From the NCBI GenBank assembly GCA_965213625.1, contig CBDBZU010000004.1, forward strand, positions 1,568,001 to 1,632,000: 64,000 bases of DNA, read 5' to 3'. Position 1 is the first letter of the stretch. The number at the start of each line of letters is the position of its first letter. The notes under the pieces were generated by a model. It saw nothing but the letters and a program-made list of their open reading frames with translations, did not search any database and was not told where the DNA came from. This DNA comes from a bacterium (GTDB taxonomy: Bacteria > UBA8248). Made by a program: the position numbers and the translations under genes. Shown here piece after piece: positions 47,697-58,182 of the stretch.

Positions 47697-48268
47697 TGGA
47701 GAGGAGACGGGGCCGCAGATCGAAAGTAGTGGAATATGGCGCCGAGAAAATCGTCGATACCATGCTCGCCGAGGGGAAGACCTACCAGGAGGTGGCCGAG
47801 GCCTTCGAGAAGGAGACCGGGGAGAAGATAGCGCTCGGCTCCGTCGGGGCGCGCAACAACCGCCTGCTCGAGGGTATCCGCAAGACCAAGCGGGTGGAAG
47901 CCATGGTGGATGAGCTGATCGAGGAGGTCATGGCGTATGACGGCGAGGGCCGGGACCCGGGCGAGAAGGTGGCGGCGGCCGCCAGGCGGATGCTGATGAC
48001 CCAGGCGGTCGAGGCCGTCTCTCACATGGGGAAAGAATCCTTCGAGGGCCTCAAGCCCGAGAAACTGGCCCAGATGGTGAACGGGCTCGAGCGCAGCAGC
48101 ATCTCGGCCGAGAAGCTCAGGCTCCAGTACGAGGACGGCTTCGCCGCCGCCAAGATGGCTATCGTGAAGGAAGTGCGCGAGTCGTTCCGCGAGCATCCCG
48201 ATTTGATGGACCAGGTGTGCGAAATCGTCGAGGAGGCGACCCGAAAGCTCGAGGATCGGATCGAGTGA
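47696..48268 (+). CDS. Mu gp27/DUF3486-like putative small terminase subunit
   Basis: GRRSKV N-terminus, HTH-like GKTYQEVAEAF...IALGSVG, helical 190 aa; TAATG coupling to the upstream gene. Confidence 0.65.
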   Translation: MERRRGRRSKVVEYGAEKIVDTMLAEGKTYQEVAEAFEKETGEKIALGSVGARNNRLLEGIRKTKRVEAMVDELIEEVMAYDGEGRDPGEKVAAAARRMLMTQAVEAVSHMGKESFEGLKPEKLAQMVNGLERSSISAEKLRLQYEDGFAAAKMAIVKEVRESFREHPDLMDQVCEIVEEATRKLEDRIE

Positions 48269-48411
48269 TGGGGGGAGGAGGCAAGATTCGGGCTGGTTGA
48301 AATTTCAGTGATCTATGGCAAGATATGAAGAATCATTGCACCCTATGAGATAGGGTGTGGCTGTGTGATATATTTCTTGCACAAGTTCAGCTAACCGCAA
48401 AGGAGGGTGAC

Positions 48412-48876
48412 ATGAGCACGTTTCCGTTCTTTTTTACCTTTGTGGACAAGGTGGAAGGAAACGGCTTCGTAGCGGATATAAGAATGCTGGGAACGCTCCT
48501 CGGGATGAAAGAGGACGATTCCACATGGATGTACGGCGTACAACCGGGTGGAATCGCCGCGACTGGACAAAACGAGGATGAGGCATTCTCCATCTTCCGG
48601 CGAACCTACACGTCCGTCCTGTTCGACATGGCGGAGGATGCCGACGATTTCACGACCTTCAAACAGCGAGTGGAGGTTTTCTTCAAAGAAATCTGTGAAG
48701 AGACGAAACAAGAATGGGATGAAGCCGTTGAAGCGGTGCGCCGGGGAGATATTGAAGCCGAAGGACTGGAAAAGAAAAACGCAGATAAGCACCAGCCCTA
48801 TGTGCAAGTAAGATCCGTCAAAAAACCCAAGGCGGGGCGCAACATGCTGGATGAACCAAGAGCCATCGCCGCCTGA
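48412..48876 (+). CDS. HicB-like antitoxin
   Basis: QPGGIAATGQNEDEAF resembles the HicB N-domain; adjacent to a HicA-like gene; AAGGAGG RBS. Confidence 0.5.
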   Translation: MSTFPFFFTFVDKVEGNGFVADIRMLGTLLGMKEDDSTWMYGVQPGGIAATGQNEDEAFSIFRRTYTSVLFDMAEDADDFTTFKQRVEVFFKEICEETKQEWDEAVEAVRRGDIEAEGLEKKNADKHQPYVQVRSVKKPKAGRNMLDEPRAIAA

Positions 48877-49131
48877 ATGGCTTCAAGCGGTCGCGTACAA
48901 CTAAGAAAAATATGGAATATGCTCAAAAGATGCGCGCCAGGATGCGTTGTCACGGAAAAGACGCATCACTATTGGATTCAATTTGAAGGCCGTACCTATC
49001 CTTCATTCCCAAAGGGAGCGCATGGGAAGGGAATTCGGGCGGAAATTGAAGTTGGCCATATCAGGAAGATGATTCGGCACCTACATATCGACATAGACTG
49101 TGCGAGGAATGAATTGCCGGAAGTGTATTGA
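48877..49131 (+). CDS. HicA-like toxin
   Basis: 84 aa, basic; KTHHYW...PSFPKGAHGK...EIEVGHIRKMIRHL. Confidence 0.55.
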   Translation: MASSGRVQLRKIWNMLKRCAPGCVVTEKTHHYWIQFEGRTYPSFPKGAHGKGIRAEIEVGHIRKMIRHLHIDIDCARNELPEVY

Positions 49132-49373
49132 GCCTGAAACTTCAACCACTTCTGTTGCTAAGTAGTGAGAGTTTTCCAAAAAAGTATTTTCCCTAAAACC
49201 TCATCGCCAGCGGTTACATCTGAGCGGTGACCTGAGATCATAGCACCCGGCCGATTACCTCCCTATTGCTCCTGCCTCCCAACCCTGGACGCCTCACCTT
49301 CGCTCGGTTATATTCCTTTCATCCCCGAATATGTCACCGACGGTGATCCACCTTTTTCACGGAAAGGCGAAAC

Positions 49374-51122
49374 ATGAGCGAGTTCAAGAGCGAGGCAAGA
49401 GACGGAATGCGCATCGACTGGGACGTGCCGGTCGAGATGGATGACGGCGTGGTGCTGCGCTGCGACGTTTACCGGCCAGACGACGACGGCGAATACCCCG
49501 TCATCATGAGCTACGGACCCTACTGCAAGTGGCTTCATTTACAGGACGGCTACCCCCACCAGTGGAGCCTGATGGTGAACGATTATCCCGAAACCGTCAT
49601 GGGCACGAGCAACAAATACCAGAACTGGGAGCTCGTCGATCCCGAGAAATGGGTGCCCGACGGCTACGCCTGCGTGCGGGTGGACTCCAGGGGCGCCGGC
49701 CGCTCGCCGGGCTATCTGGAAGTGTGGTCCCCGCGCGAGACCAGGGATTTTTACGACTGCATCGAGTGGGCGGGCGTGCAGTCCTGGAGCAACGGCATGG
49801 TGGGCCTGAACGGCATCTCCTACTACGGTATGAACCAGTGGCAGGTGGCCTCGCTCCAGCCGCCGCACCTGGCCGCCATGTGCGTCTGGGAAGGAGCGGC
49901 GGATTTCTATCGCGATCTCGCCCATCACGGCGGCATCGCCTGCCGTTTCTCGGACACCTGGTACCGCCAGGCCGTCGTACCCCGCCAGCATGGTAAGGGA
50001 AACCGCGGCATCAAGAGCCGCATTAACGGCGATTGGATATCCGGCCCCGCCAACCTGAGCGAAGAAGAACTCGCTTCCAACAGGAGCGATTTCGGCCAGG
50101 ATATTCTCGATCATCCCCTCGTGGATGATTACTGGAAAGCGCGCATGCCCGATTACTCGAAAATCAACGTGCCGCTCCTATCCTCGGGCAACTGGGGCGG
50201 TGTGGGTCTGCACCCCAGGGGCAACACGGAGGGTTTTGTGCAATCGGCCACCGACGAGAAATGGCTGGAGATGCACGGGCTGGAACACTTCACGGAGTTT
50301 TATACCGATTACGGCGTCGCGCTCCAGAAGAAATTCTTTGGGCATTTCTTAAAGGGCGAGGATACCGGCTGGACGGAGCAGCCCAAAGTCCAGCTCCTGG
50401 TGCGGCATCCGGGCGAGAAATTCGTGCCGCGCGCCGAGAGCGAGTGGCCCATCGCGCGCACGGAGTGGACGAAGTATTACCTCCATTCCGGCTCCGGCAC
50501 ATTCCGGGCGGAACCCCAGACCAACGAGCGGGAGAAAACCTACGACGCGCTGGGCGACGGCTTAATCTACATCTCGCCGCCCTTTGCCGAGGAAACCGAG
50601 ATAACGGGTCCCGTGGCGGCCAAGCTGTTCGTCTCATCGGATACGGCAGATGCCGATTTGTTCCTCACCCTGCGCGTCTTCACGCCGGACATGACCGAGA
50701 TCGTCTACCGGGGTGCTAACGACCCGCATACGCCCGTGGCCATCGGCTGGCTCAGGGCCTCGCACCGAAAGCTCGACGAGGCGCTCACGCTGCCCTACCG
50801 GCCCTACCACACGCACGATGAGATTCAACCTTTGACGCCGGGCGAGATATACGAGTTGGATGTCGAGATCTGGCCGACCTCCATCGTGATTCCAAAGGAA
50901 TACCGCCTGGCGATCAGCGTCCGCGGGCGCGATTACGTCTGGCCCGGCTACGAGCCGTCCGCGCCCAAAATATCGGGCCGCGTGTATTACGGCGTGGGGC
51001 CCTTTAAGCACGACCTGAAAGAAGACAGGCCGACGGAACTGTTCGGCGGCAAGGTGACGCTGCACACCGGCCCGTCGTGTCCGTCCCATGTATTGCTGCC
51101 TGTGATTCCGTCGAAAGGATAA
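49374..51122 (+). CDS. CocE/NonD family hydrolase (S15), copy 1
   Basis: DGVVLRCDVYRP, DSRGAGRSPG, GISYYG, GWLRASHR. Confidence 0.92.
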   Translation: MSEFKSEARDGMRIDWDVPVEMDDGVVLRCDVYRPDDDGEYPVIMSYGPYCKWLHLQDGYPHQWSLMVNDYPETVMGTSNKYQNWELVDPEKWVPDGYACVRVDSRGAGRSPGYLEVWSPRETRDFYDCIEWAGVQSWSNGMVGLNGISYYGMNQWQVASLQPPHLAAMCVWEGAADFYRDLAHHGGIACRFSDTWYRQAVVPRQHGKGNRGIKSRINGDWISGPANLSEEELASNRSDFGQDILDHPLVDDYWKARMPDYSKINVPLLSSGNWGGVGLHPRGNTEGFVQSATDEKWLEMHGLEHFTEFYTDYGVALQKKFFGHFLKGEDTGWTEQPKVQLLVRHPGEKFVPRAESEWPIARTEWTKYYLHSGSGTFRAEPQTNEREKTYDALGDGLIYISPPFAEETEITGPVAAKLFVSSDTADADLFLTLRVFTPDMTEIVYRGANDPHTPVAIGWLRASHRKLDEALTLPYRPYHTHDEIQPLTPGEIYELDVEIWPTSIVIPKEYRLAISVRGRDYVWPGYEPSAPKISGRVYYGVGPFKHDLKEDRPTELFGGKVTLHTGPSCPSHVLLPVIPSKG

Positions 51123-51147
51123 TTTCAATAAACACGAGAGGTGCGCG

Positions 51148-52893
51148 ATGAGAGGGCGTAAATCCGAAATAGCCGACGGCATGCGGATCGACTGGGAGGT
51201 TCCGGTCGAGATGGACGATGGACTCGTGCTTCGCTGCGACGTCTACCGGCCCATAGCGGAAGGCCGCTATCCCGTTCTGATCACCTACGGGATTTACGGG
51301 AAGTGGCTCCACTTCGAAGACGGCTATCCCGAGCAGTGGCGGCGCATGGTGGAGCAACACCCCGACGTCGCGGCCGGTTCCTCGAACAAATACCAGAACT
51401 GGGAGGTCGTGGACCCCGAGAAATGGGTGCCGGACGGCTACGCCTGCGTGCGGGTGGATTCGAGGGGCGCCGGCCGCTCGCCGGGGTATATGGACCCCTT
51501 CTCGGATCGCGAAACGCGCGATTTCTACGAGTGCATCGAATGGGCTGGGGTACAGCCCTGGAGCAACGGCAAGGTTGGCATCAACGGCATCTCCTATTAC
51601 GCCATCAACCAGTGGCAGGTCGCGTGCCTGAAACCGCCTCATCTCGTCGCCATGTGCGCCTGGGAGGGAGCGGCGGATTTCTACCGCGACATGAACTACC
51701 ACGGGGGCATCTACTGCACCTTCACCGAGAACTGGTATCAGAACAGGGGGCGCTCCAAACAGCATGGCCTCGGCGAGCGCGGCTACAAGAGCCGGGTGAC
51801 GGGCGATTGGGTATCGGGGCCTGACACGCTGAGCGAAGAAGAACTGGGTGCCAACCGCTGCCGCCTGGGAGCGGAGATGCGCGCGCACCCGCTCGATGAT
51901 GAATACTGGCAGGCGAAAACGCCGGACTGGTCCCAAATCGAGGTGCCCTTTTTATCTTCGAACAACTGGGGCGGGCAGGGGCTTCACCCGAGGGGGAATT
52001 GCGAGGCCTTCATGAACGCTGCCTCGGAAGAGAAATGGCTGGAGAGCCACGGCATCGAGCACTGGACGGAGTTTTACACCGATTACGGCGTGGCGCTCCA
52101 GAAGAAATTCTTTGGCCATTACTTGAAAGGCGAGGACACGGGCTGGAAGGAGCAGCCGAGGGTCCTGCTCCAGGTGCGCCACCCCGGCGAGAAATTCGTG
52201 GAGCGCGCGGAGAACGAGTGGCCCATCGCGCGCACGAACTGGACGAAGCTGTATCTCCATACGGAAGGCCACCTGCTCGGCGAGGCCGCGCCCGCCGAGA
52301 CTGGTTCGGCCACATATGCCGGCTTGAGCGACGGCGTCACGTTCGTCTCGCCCCCCTTGAAGCGCGAAACCGAACTCACGGGACCCCTGGCGTCCAAGCT
52401 GTGGGTGTCATCTGAAACCCAAGACGCCGACCTGTTCCTCGTCATCAGAGTATTCACGCCAGATTTCAAGGAAGTCACCTTTCAGGGCGCGCTCGACCCC
52501 AAAACCCCGGTCGCCCAGGGCTGGCTCAGAGCCTCGCACCGAAAGCTGGATGAAGCCCGCACGCTTCCCTACCGGCCCTACCACGCGCACGACGAGGTGC
52601 AGCCCCTGACGCCGGGCGAGATATACGAACTGGACGTCGAGATCTGGCCGACCAGCATCGTGGTTCCAAAGGGCCATCGCATCGCTTTGAGCGTCCGGGG
52701 GTGTGACTACGTCTATCCGGGCGGCATCACCCAGGGGCTGCCGAACATGCCCGCCGTCTTCTCGGGCGTGGGACCGTTCCGCCACAACGACCCGGTCGAC
52801 CGGCCGCCTGAGGTGTTCGGCGGCGAGGTGACAATCCACACCGGTCCCGAGCATCCCTCCCACGTGCTCTTGCCGATTATCCCGCCGAAATAG
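51148..52893 (+). CDS. CocE/NonD family hydrolase (S15), copy 2
   Basis: Same motifs (GISYYA); colinear paralog of copy 1. Confidence 0.92.
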   Translation: MRGRKSEIADGMRIDWEVPVEMDDGLVLRCDVYRPIAEGRYPVLITYGIYGKWLHFEDGYPEQWRRMVEQHPDVAAGSSNKYQNWEVVDPEKWVPDGYACVRVDSRGAGRSPGYMDPFSDRETRDFYECIEWAGVQPWSNGKVGINGISYYAINQWQVACLKPPHLVAMCAWEGAADFYRDMNYHGGIYCTFTENWYQNRGRSKQHGLGERGYKSRVTGDWVSGPDTLSEEELGANRCRLGAEMRAHPLDDEYWQAKTPDWSQIEVPFLSSNNWGGQGLHPRGNCEAFMNAASEEKWLESHGIEHWTEFYTDYGVALQKKFFGHYLKGEDTGWKEQPRVLLQVRHPGEKFVERAENEWPIARTNWTKLYLHTEGHLLGEAAPAETGSATYAGLSDGVTFVSPPLKRETELTGPLASKLWVSSETQDADLFLVIRVFTPDFKEVTFQGALDPKTPVAQGWLRASHRKLDEARTLPYRPYHAHDEVQPLTPGEIYELDVEIWPTSIVVPKGHRIALSVRGCDYVYPGGITQGLPNMPAVFSGVGPFRHNDPVDRPPEVFGGEVTIHTGPEHPSHVLLPIIPPK

Positions 52894-52971
52894 GGATTAT
52901 CCACAGGCGGCGGGGCCGGAAAGTTGATAAAGCTTGGGAAGCGAATTTGGATTGCGCGCACGCTTTTGAAG

Positions 52972-53056
52972 TTCACTCCCCCTCAAGGGGGAGTGATTTC
53001 TTATCAACAAAGGTATTTGGAAGGCTGCTAATCTGTAGGGCTTTTTAACAACCCCA
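52972..53056. repeat. Partial copy of the CACTCCCCCTCAAGGGGGAGTG palindrome element
   Basis: Matches 46547-46570; ends TTTTTAACAACCCC. Confidence 0.6.
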
Positions 53057-53213
53057 AGCAGGAAGTACTCACCGCCGCCACGTTTCTTCGGCCCATCTCC
53101 GCCGGTCTCCTTTCTTGACGCGCCGAAGCCTGTGTGTGAGAATTTTCCCATCACCACATTTCAAAGAATACGATTGCACACTGGGCCATAGATCTAACCG
53201 GGGAGGAAAGTCT

Positions 53214-54164
53214 ATGAAGCGCATGATCGGCATCGTTATCGTGGCGGTTGCGTTCGCCGGGTTCACGTCGCCCGCGTTCGCGAAGGACATCAAGATAGGC
53301 ATCGTGGTGGAAACGCTGGGGAACCCCTACTTCGCGTGTCTCAAGCGTTCCGCCGAGGCGGAAGCCAAGAACCATCCCAACGTCAAGCTCACGGTATTGA
53401 GCGGCGCCCTGGGCACCGATTTGATCGGCGTGACCAAGATGATCGACGACATGATCCAGAAGCGCGTGCACGTCCTCGCATTCAGTGCCATCGACCCGAA
53501 CGCGATGGTGCAGACGGTCAAGAAGGTGCAGAAAAGCGGCATCCGCGTGCTCATCCATTCCGACGACCTGGCCAAGCAGGTGGCGCGGCATTTCGTCGGT
53601 CCGGATCAGTACTACGGGCAGTCGGCAGTCGCCAAGGCCGTCGCCGAGGAGTTGGGCGGCAAGGGCAAGGTCGCGCTCATGGAGGGCGTGCCGGGCAACA
53701 TGTCCAGCATCCTGCGGAAAAGGGGCGCCAGGGACACGCTGGCCAAGTACAAGGGCATCAAGGTGGTCGGCGTCTGGGCGGCCAACTGGGACCGCGCGCA
53801 GGGACTCAAGAAAGCCGAAGACATCCTGACGGCGCATCCCGACATCTCGGCCATCGTCGCTGTGAACGACGACATGGCCCTCGGCGCGCTCCAGGCCGTC
53901 AAGGCGCGTGGCAAGCTCGGCAAGATCATCGTCACGGGCTTCAACGGCGTCGAGGAGGCGATGCAGGAAGTCTATCGCGGCAACATGCTGGCGACCGTGC
54001 TGACATTTTGTGATTCCGTCGGCAAGCAACTCGTTCGCACGGGCGTCGACGTGGCGATGGATAAGGACGACAAGTCCAAATACACGATCGACACCGGCAC
54101 GATTCCGCTCGACACGAGACTGCTTCAGGCGGTCGGAAAGAATTTGAAAGCCGGCATCAAGTAA
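53214..54164 (+). CDS. Sugar ABC transporter substrate-binding protein (RbsB-like)
   Basis: Signal peptide; LGNPYF, ANWDR, NDDMALGA. Confidence 0.9.
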   Translation: MKRMIGIVIVAVAFAGFTSPAFAKDIKIGIVVETLGNPYFACLKRSAEAEAKNHPNVKLTVLSGALGTDLIGVTKMIDDMIQKRVHVLAFSAIDPNAMVQTVKKVQKSGIRVLIHSDDLAKQVARHFVGPDQYYGQSAVAKAVAEELGGKGKVALMEGVPGNMSSILRKRGARDTLAKYKGIKVVGVWAANWDRAQGLKKAEDILTAHPDISAIVAVNDDMALGALQAVKARGKLGKIIVTGFNGVEEAMQEVYRGNMLATVLTFCDSVGKQLVRTGVDVAMDKDDKSKYTIDTGTIPLDTRLLQAVGKNLKAGIK

Positions 54165-54245
54165 GAGATCAAACGCGGCGCCGCGCGGCGGAGGCGGGGG
54201 AAATGATCCCTGTCTCTGCGCGCGTCCTCGCCTGAGGGGACGGAC

Positions 54246-55451
54246 ATGCCCATTCCACGCGACGTGCTCCAGGCCGAAATCGACAGGCGGTTGGCGAACA
54301 CCCGGCGGCTGATGGCGGAGCGCGATTACGACGCCTTGATCGTTTACGGGAACAACAAGCTCTCCGGCAGCCTGCGCTATCTCACCGATTACTTTCCCGA
54401 CCGTGCGGGGTGGATCAGCTTGACGACCACAGAGACCGCCATCGTCGACGGGGGCGCGGCCTTCATCACGCAGGATGATGTTCCCGCGCTCATGGTCGAT
54501 CCGGGCCTCATGCCGACGCGCGAGGTGTGCGTCCCGCGCATCGTGGCCGGGGAGGGGTTCTCGGCGAAAAAGGGCGACGGCCTTTCCGTCGAGAACATCG
54601 AAAAACTCATCCGAGACACCGGCGACGTGAAGCGCGTCGGTATCGAGACGTTCGACAAGTTCCCCGCACCTCTTTACGCCGGGATGCGGGAGACGTTCCC
54701 GGACCTCGAAATCGTGCGCTCGACCATCGTCGAGGAACTCCGGATGGTGAAGAGCGATTTCGATCTCGAGATGATGCGAAAGGCAGGCCGGGTCGCGGAT
54801 TTGGGCCATGAGACCGTCGCCGGCATCCTGAGTACGGAGGGCGTCGGCAAAACGGAGCTCGAAATCATCCGCGCCGCCGAACACGCGATGCGCTCCGCCG
54901 ACCCGATTTACGAGGATTCGTGCAGCAGCTCACCGAGCCTCATCTGCAGCGGCTACCCGGTGGCGGGCGCGCTGTTGCACATGCCGAATCCGGCCAAGGC
55001 CATCGAGCGCGGCAACGTCGTGCACTGGGACATCTGCATGCGGTTCGAGGGCTACCCGGTCGACTCCTCGCGCACGCGCGCCATGGGGCCGGTGACGGAG
55101 GTCCACCGGCGCGCTTATGAGACCATTCTGGAAATTCAGCGAACGGTCATCGAGGAGGCGAAGCCGGGCGTCTTAGCGAGCAAACTCGTCGACACGGCCG
55201 AGGCGATGGCCCGCGACGCCGGTTTCGATTTGTGGGACAGGTTCTTGGGCCACGGCCTGGGATGGGACATCCACGAGCGCCCCGACATGGGCATCGAGAA
55301 ACTCCCCCTCGAGGAGAACATGGTGCTCGCCGTCGAGCCGCGCATCGCTGTCGACAACACCTATCTGTTCGGCAACGAGGACATGGTGCACGTCACGAAA
55401 GAGGGCGGCGTCTCCTTTACGTCTTTCCCGAGGGAGCCGCTGGAGATATAG
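54246..55451 (+). CDS. M24 family metallopeptidase/amidohydrolase
   Basis: LRMVKS, WDICM...DSSRT, GHGLGWDIHERP, VEP, NED. Confidence 0.9.
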   Translation: MPIPRDVLQAEIDRRLANTRRLMAERDYDALIVYGNNKLSGSLRYLTDYFPDRAGWISLTTTETAIVDGGAAFITQDDVPALMVDPGLMPTREVCVPRIVAGEGFSAKKGDGLSVENIEKLIRDTGDVKRVGIETFDKFPAPLYAGMRETFPDLEIVRSTIVEELRMVKSDFDLEMMRKAGRVADLGHETVAGILSTEGVGKTELEIIRAAEHAMRSADPIYEDSCSSSPSLICSGYPVAGALLHMPNPAKAIERGNVVHWDICMRFEGYPVDSSRTRAMGPVTEVHRRAYETILEIQRTVIEEAKPGVLASKLVDTAEAMARDAGFDLWDRFLGHGLGWDIHERPDMGIEKLPLEENMVLAVEPRIAVDNTYLFGNEDMVHVTKEGGVSFTSFPREPLEI

Positions 55452-55559
55452 CGGCGCGCGCGCGGAGGATGTTCGCGCCCAAGGCCGTGGCGGTCGCGGC
55501 CGCCATTTGCGCCGCCCGAACCTCCCACTGGCCCGATTTTCCAACTGGAAGACTCGTCC

Positions 55560-57146
55560 ATGACGTCATCCCCCTCCAGTCCAGCCGAATCTCCCCCTGA
55601 AAGCGCGGCGGAGCGCCTCATTCTCGACATGCGCGGCATCGGCAAGCGGTTTCCGGGCGTCGTGGCGCTCGACGAGGTGGATTTCAGCGTCCGTCCGGGC
55701 GAGGTCCACGTGCTTCTGGGCGAGAACGGGGCCGGCAAGTCGACCATGATCAAGATCATCGCGGGCGTCGTCGAAAAGGACACCGGCGAGATGGTGTTCG
55801 AAGGCGGCGTCATCGAGAGGTGCTCGCCTGCGCTCACGCGGGAGCTCGGCATCAGCGTCATCCACCAGGAACTGAGCCTCGTGCGGCTGATGGACGTGAA
55901 GAGCAATCTCTTCCTGGGCCGCGATTTGAGGAGCGCAAACCGTCTGCTCGGGCGGCTGGGCGTGAGAGACGAGACGGCGATGGAGCGGCGCTGCCGGGAG
56001 ATTTTCACCGAACTGGGGATCGAGGTCGACCCGAACGCCGAGGTGTCGAATCTGAGCCTCTCGGACATGCAGTTTCTCGAGATCGCCAAGGCGGTCGCCT
56101 TCGATGCGAAAGTCATCCTGATGGACGAACCCACCTCGTCCCTGGGCCCCGGGGAGAAAGAAGCGCTCTTTGGCGTCATCGAGCGATTGACGGAGCGCGG
56201 CATCGGGGTGGTCTACGTCTCCCACACGCTGGAGGATTGCCTCGCTATCGGCGATCGCATCTCCGTCCTGCGCGACGGGCGCCACGTCGGGTCCATCGGC
56301 GCCGAGAATACCGAGGTCGACACGCTTATCCGCATGATGACGGGGCGCACCTTCAGCGAACGCTATCCCAGAATTTCGGGCAAGGTGGGCAAGGAGGTTC
56401 TCGAAGTCAGGAATTTCACGCAAACGGGCGTGTTCAGCGACGTGAGTTTCCGCGTCAGGCAGGGCGAGATACTGGGTTTTGCGGGATTGGTCGGCGCAGG
56501 CCGCACGGACTTGTTCCGCGCGCTCTTCGGCCTGGAGCGGCCCGACGGCGGCGAGGTGTTCATCGACGGCCAGCCGGTGAGAATCAGGAAACCCCGCGAC
56601 GCCATCCGCCACGGGCTTTCCTTTCTGACTGAGGATCGCAAGAACCAGGGCGTGTTCCCGCTCTTATCGGTGTTGGAGAACCTGCTGATCACCCTGTTCA
56701 ACTTCGGCCGGGAAAGCCGCTCGCGCAAGCTCACGCGCATTATGGGCTGCATTAACGGCGCAGGCGCAACGCACCTCTCGCGCGACTATGTGGAGCGGCT
56801 GAGCATCAAGGTAGCCTCCTTGACGGATCAGATCGCCCAGCTCAGCGGCGGGAACCAGCAGAAGGTGCTTCTCGCGCGGGGGATATCCACAGGCGCGCGC
56901 ATCGTCATTCTCGACGAACCCACCAAGGGCGTCGACGCGGGCGCGAAGGTGGAAATTTACCGGATTCTTGAAGAACTGGCGCAGCTCGGTGTGGCGATCA
57001 TCGTGATATCCTCGGAATTGCCTGAAGTCACGGCCATCTGCAGCCGCATCATCGTGATGAACGAAGGCCGCATCACCGGCGAGGTGCTTCGTGAGGACGC
57101 TGACGCGGAAACCATCATGCGCTACGCGACGGGCACCGCGGCCTAA
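55560..57146 (+). CDS. Sugar ABC transporter ATP-binding protein (RbsA-like)
   Basis: GENGAGKST, MDEPT, LSGGNQQK, LDEPTKGVD. Confidence 0.95.
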   Translation: MTSSPSSPAESPPESAAERLILDMRGIGKRFPGVVALDEVDFSVRPGEVHVLLGENGAGKSTMIKIIAGVVEKDTGEMVFEGGVIERCSPALTRELGISVIHQELSLVRLMDVKSNLFLGRDLRSANRLLGRLGVRDETAMERRCREIFTELGIEVDPNAEVSNLSLSDMQFLEIAKAVAFDAKVILMDEPTSSLGPGEKEALFGVIERLTERGIGVVYVSHTLEDCLAIGDRISVLRDGRHVGSIGAENTEVDTLIRMMTGRTFSERYPRISGKVGKEVLEVRNFTQTGVFSDVSFRVRQGEILGFAGLVGAGRTDLFRALFGLERPDGGEVFIDGQPVRIRKPRDAIRHGLSFLTEDRKNQGVFPLLSVLENLLITLFNFGRESRSRKLTRIMGCINGAGATHLSRDYVERLSIKVASLTDQIAQLSGGNQQKVLLARGISTGARIVILDEPTKGVDAGAKVEIYRILEELAQLGVAIIVISSELPEVTAICSRIIVMNEGRITGEVLREDADAETIMRYATGTAA

Positions 57147-57171
57147 GGTGGTTCGGTAAGGGAGGGGAGCA

Positions 57172-58179
57172 ATGAGCGGCGAAGGAAAGGCGGACAGCGG
57201 GCGAGGCGCCGCCGCAAAGAGCGGGGGATACAGTGTCTACTCCCTCATCGCGTCCGGTTTTTCCAAGTACGGCCTCATCCTCGCGCTCATCTTGTTGGTC
57301 GTCTTTCTCTCCATCACGGCGGAGAACTTCTTCACCGTCTCGAACATGATGAACATCCTGCTCCAGTCGTCTAACATCGGCATCATGGCGGCGGGTCTCA
57401 CGCTGGTCATCATCTGTGCCGAGATCGACCTCTCGGTGGCCTCCATCCAGTCGATGGGCGCGGTCGTCGTCGCCCTTCTGCTCAAGGAATACGGTGTGCC
57501 CATCGTTCCGGCGGTGATCGCCACGCTGATTCTTGGGGTGCTCCTGGGCGGTGTGAGCGGGGTGTTCGTGGGCTGGTTCGCGATTCCCGCCTTCATCCTC
57601 ACGCTGGCGATGGACAGCCTCGCGCGCGGGGGCGCGCTCATCCTGACGGGTGAGCAGTCCATCTTCGGCCTGCCCGAGGCGTTCAGCGTGGTGGGGCAGG
57701 GCTACCTGGGTCCGTTCCCCATGGCCGCCGTCATCATGGGCGTCGTCTTCCTGGCCGCGCACCTCATCCTCTCGCGCACCGTCCTGGGCACGAACATCTA
57801 CGCCGTCGGCGGCAACAAGGAGGCCGCCCGCGTCGCTGGCGTGAACGTCTTCGCCGTCAAGCTGTTCGTGCTCGTCTTCAGCGGCTTCTGCGGCGCGCTG
57901 GCGGGCGTGGTGATGGCTTCGCGCCTCATGGCCGCCCAGGCCATCATGGGCATGTTCGACCTCATGGACGTCATCGCCGCGGTCGTCATCGGCGGCGCCT
58001 CGCTGCTGGGCGGTGAGGGGCGCATCATCGGCACCGTCATCGGCACGCTCATCATCGCGTGCATCAGAAATGGCCTGAACCTCCTGGGTATAGCCGCCGA
58101 TTGGCAGTTGCTGGCGGTCGGGGGGATCATCATCCTCGCCGTCCTGCTCGACTACGTGGGGAAAAAGCGCACGGCTTGA
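57172..58179 (+). CDS. Sugar ABC transporter permease (RbsC-like)
   Basis: IDLSV, YAVGGNKEAARVAG, IAAVVIGGASL. Confidence 0.93.
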   Translation: MSGEGKADSGRGAAAKSGGYSVYSLIASGFSKYGLILALILLVVFLSITAENFFTVSNMMNILLQSSNIGIMAAGLTLVIICAEIDLSVASIQSMGAVVVALLLKEYGVPIVPAVIATLILGVLLGGVSGVFVGWFAIPAFILTLAMDSLARGGALILTGEQSIFGLPEAFSVVGQGYLGPFPMAAVIMGVVFLAAHLILSRTVLGTNIYAVGGNKEAARVAGVNVFAVKLFVLVFSGFCGALAGVVMASRLMAAQAIMGMFDLMDVIAAVVIGGASLLGGEGRIIGTVIGTLIIACIRNGLNLLGIAADWQLLAVGGIIILAVLLDYVGKKRTA

Positions 58180-58182
58180 GAC

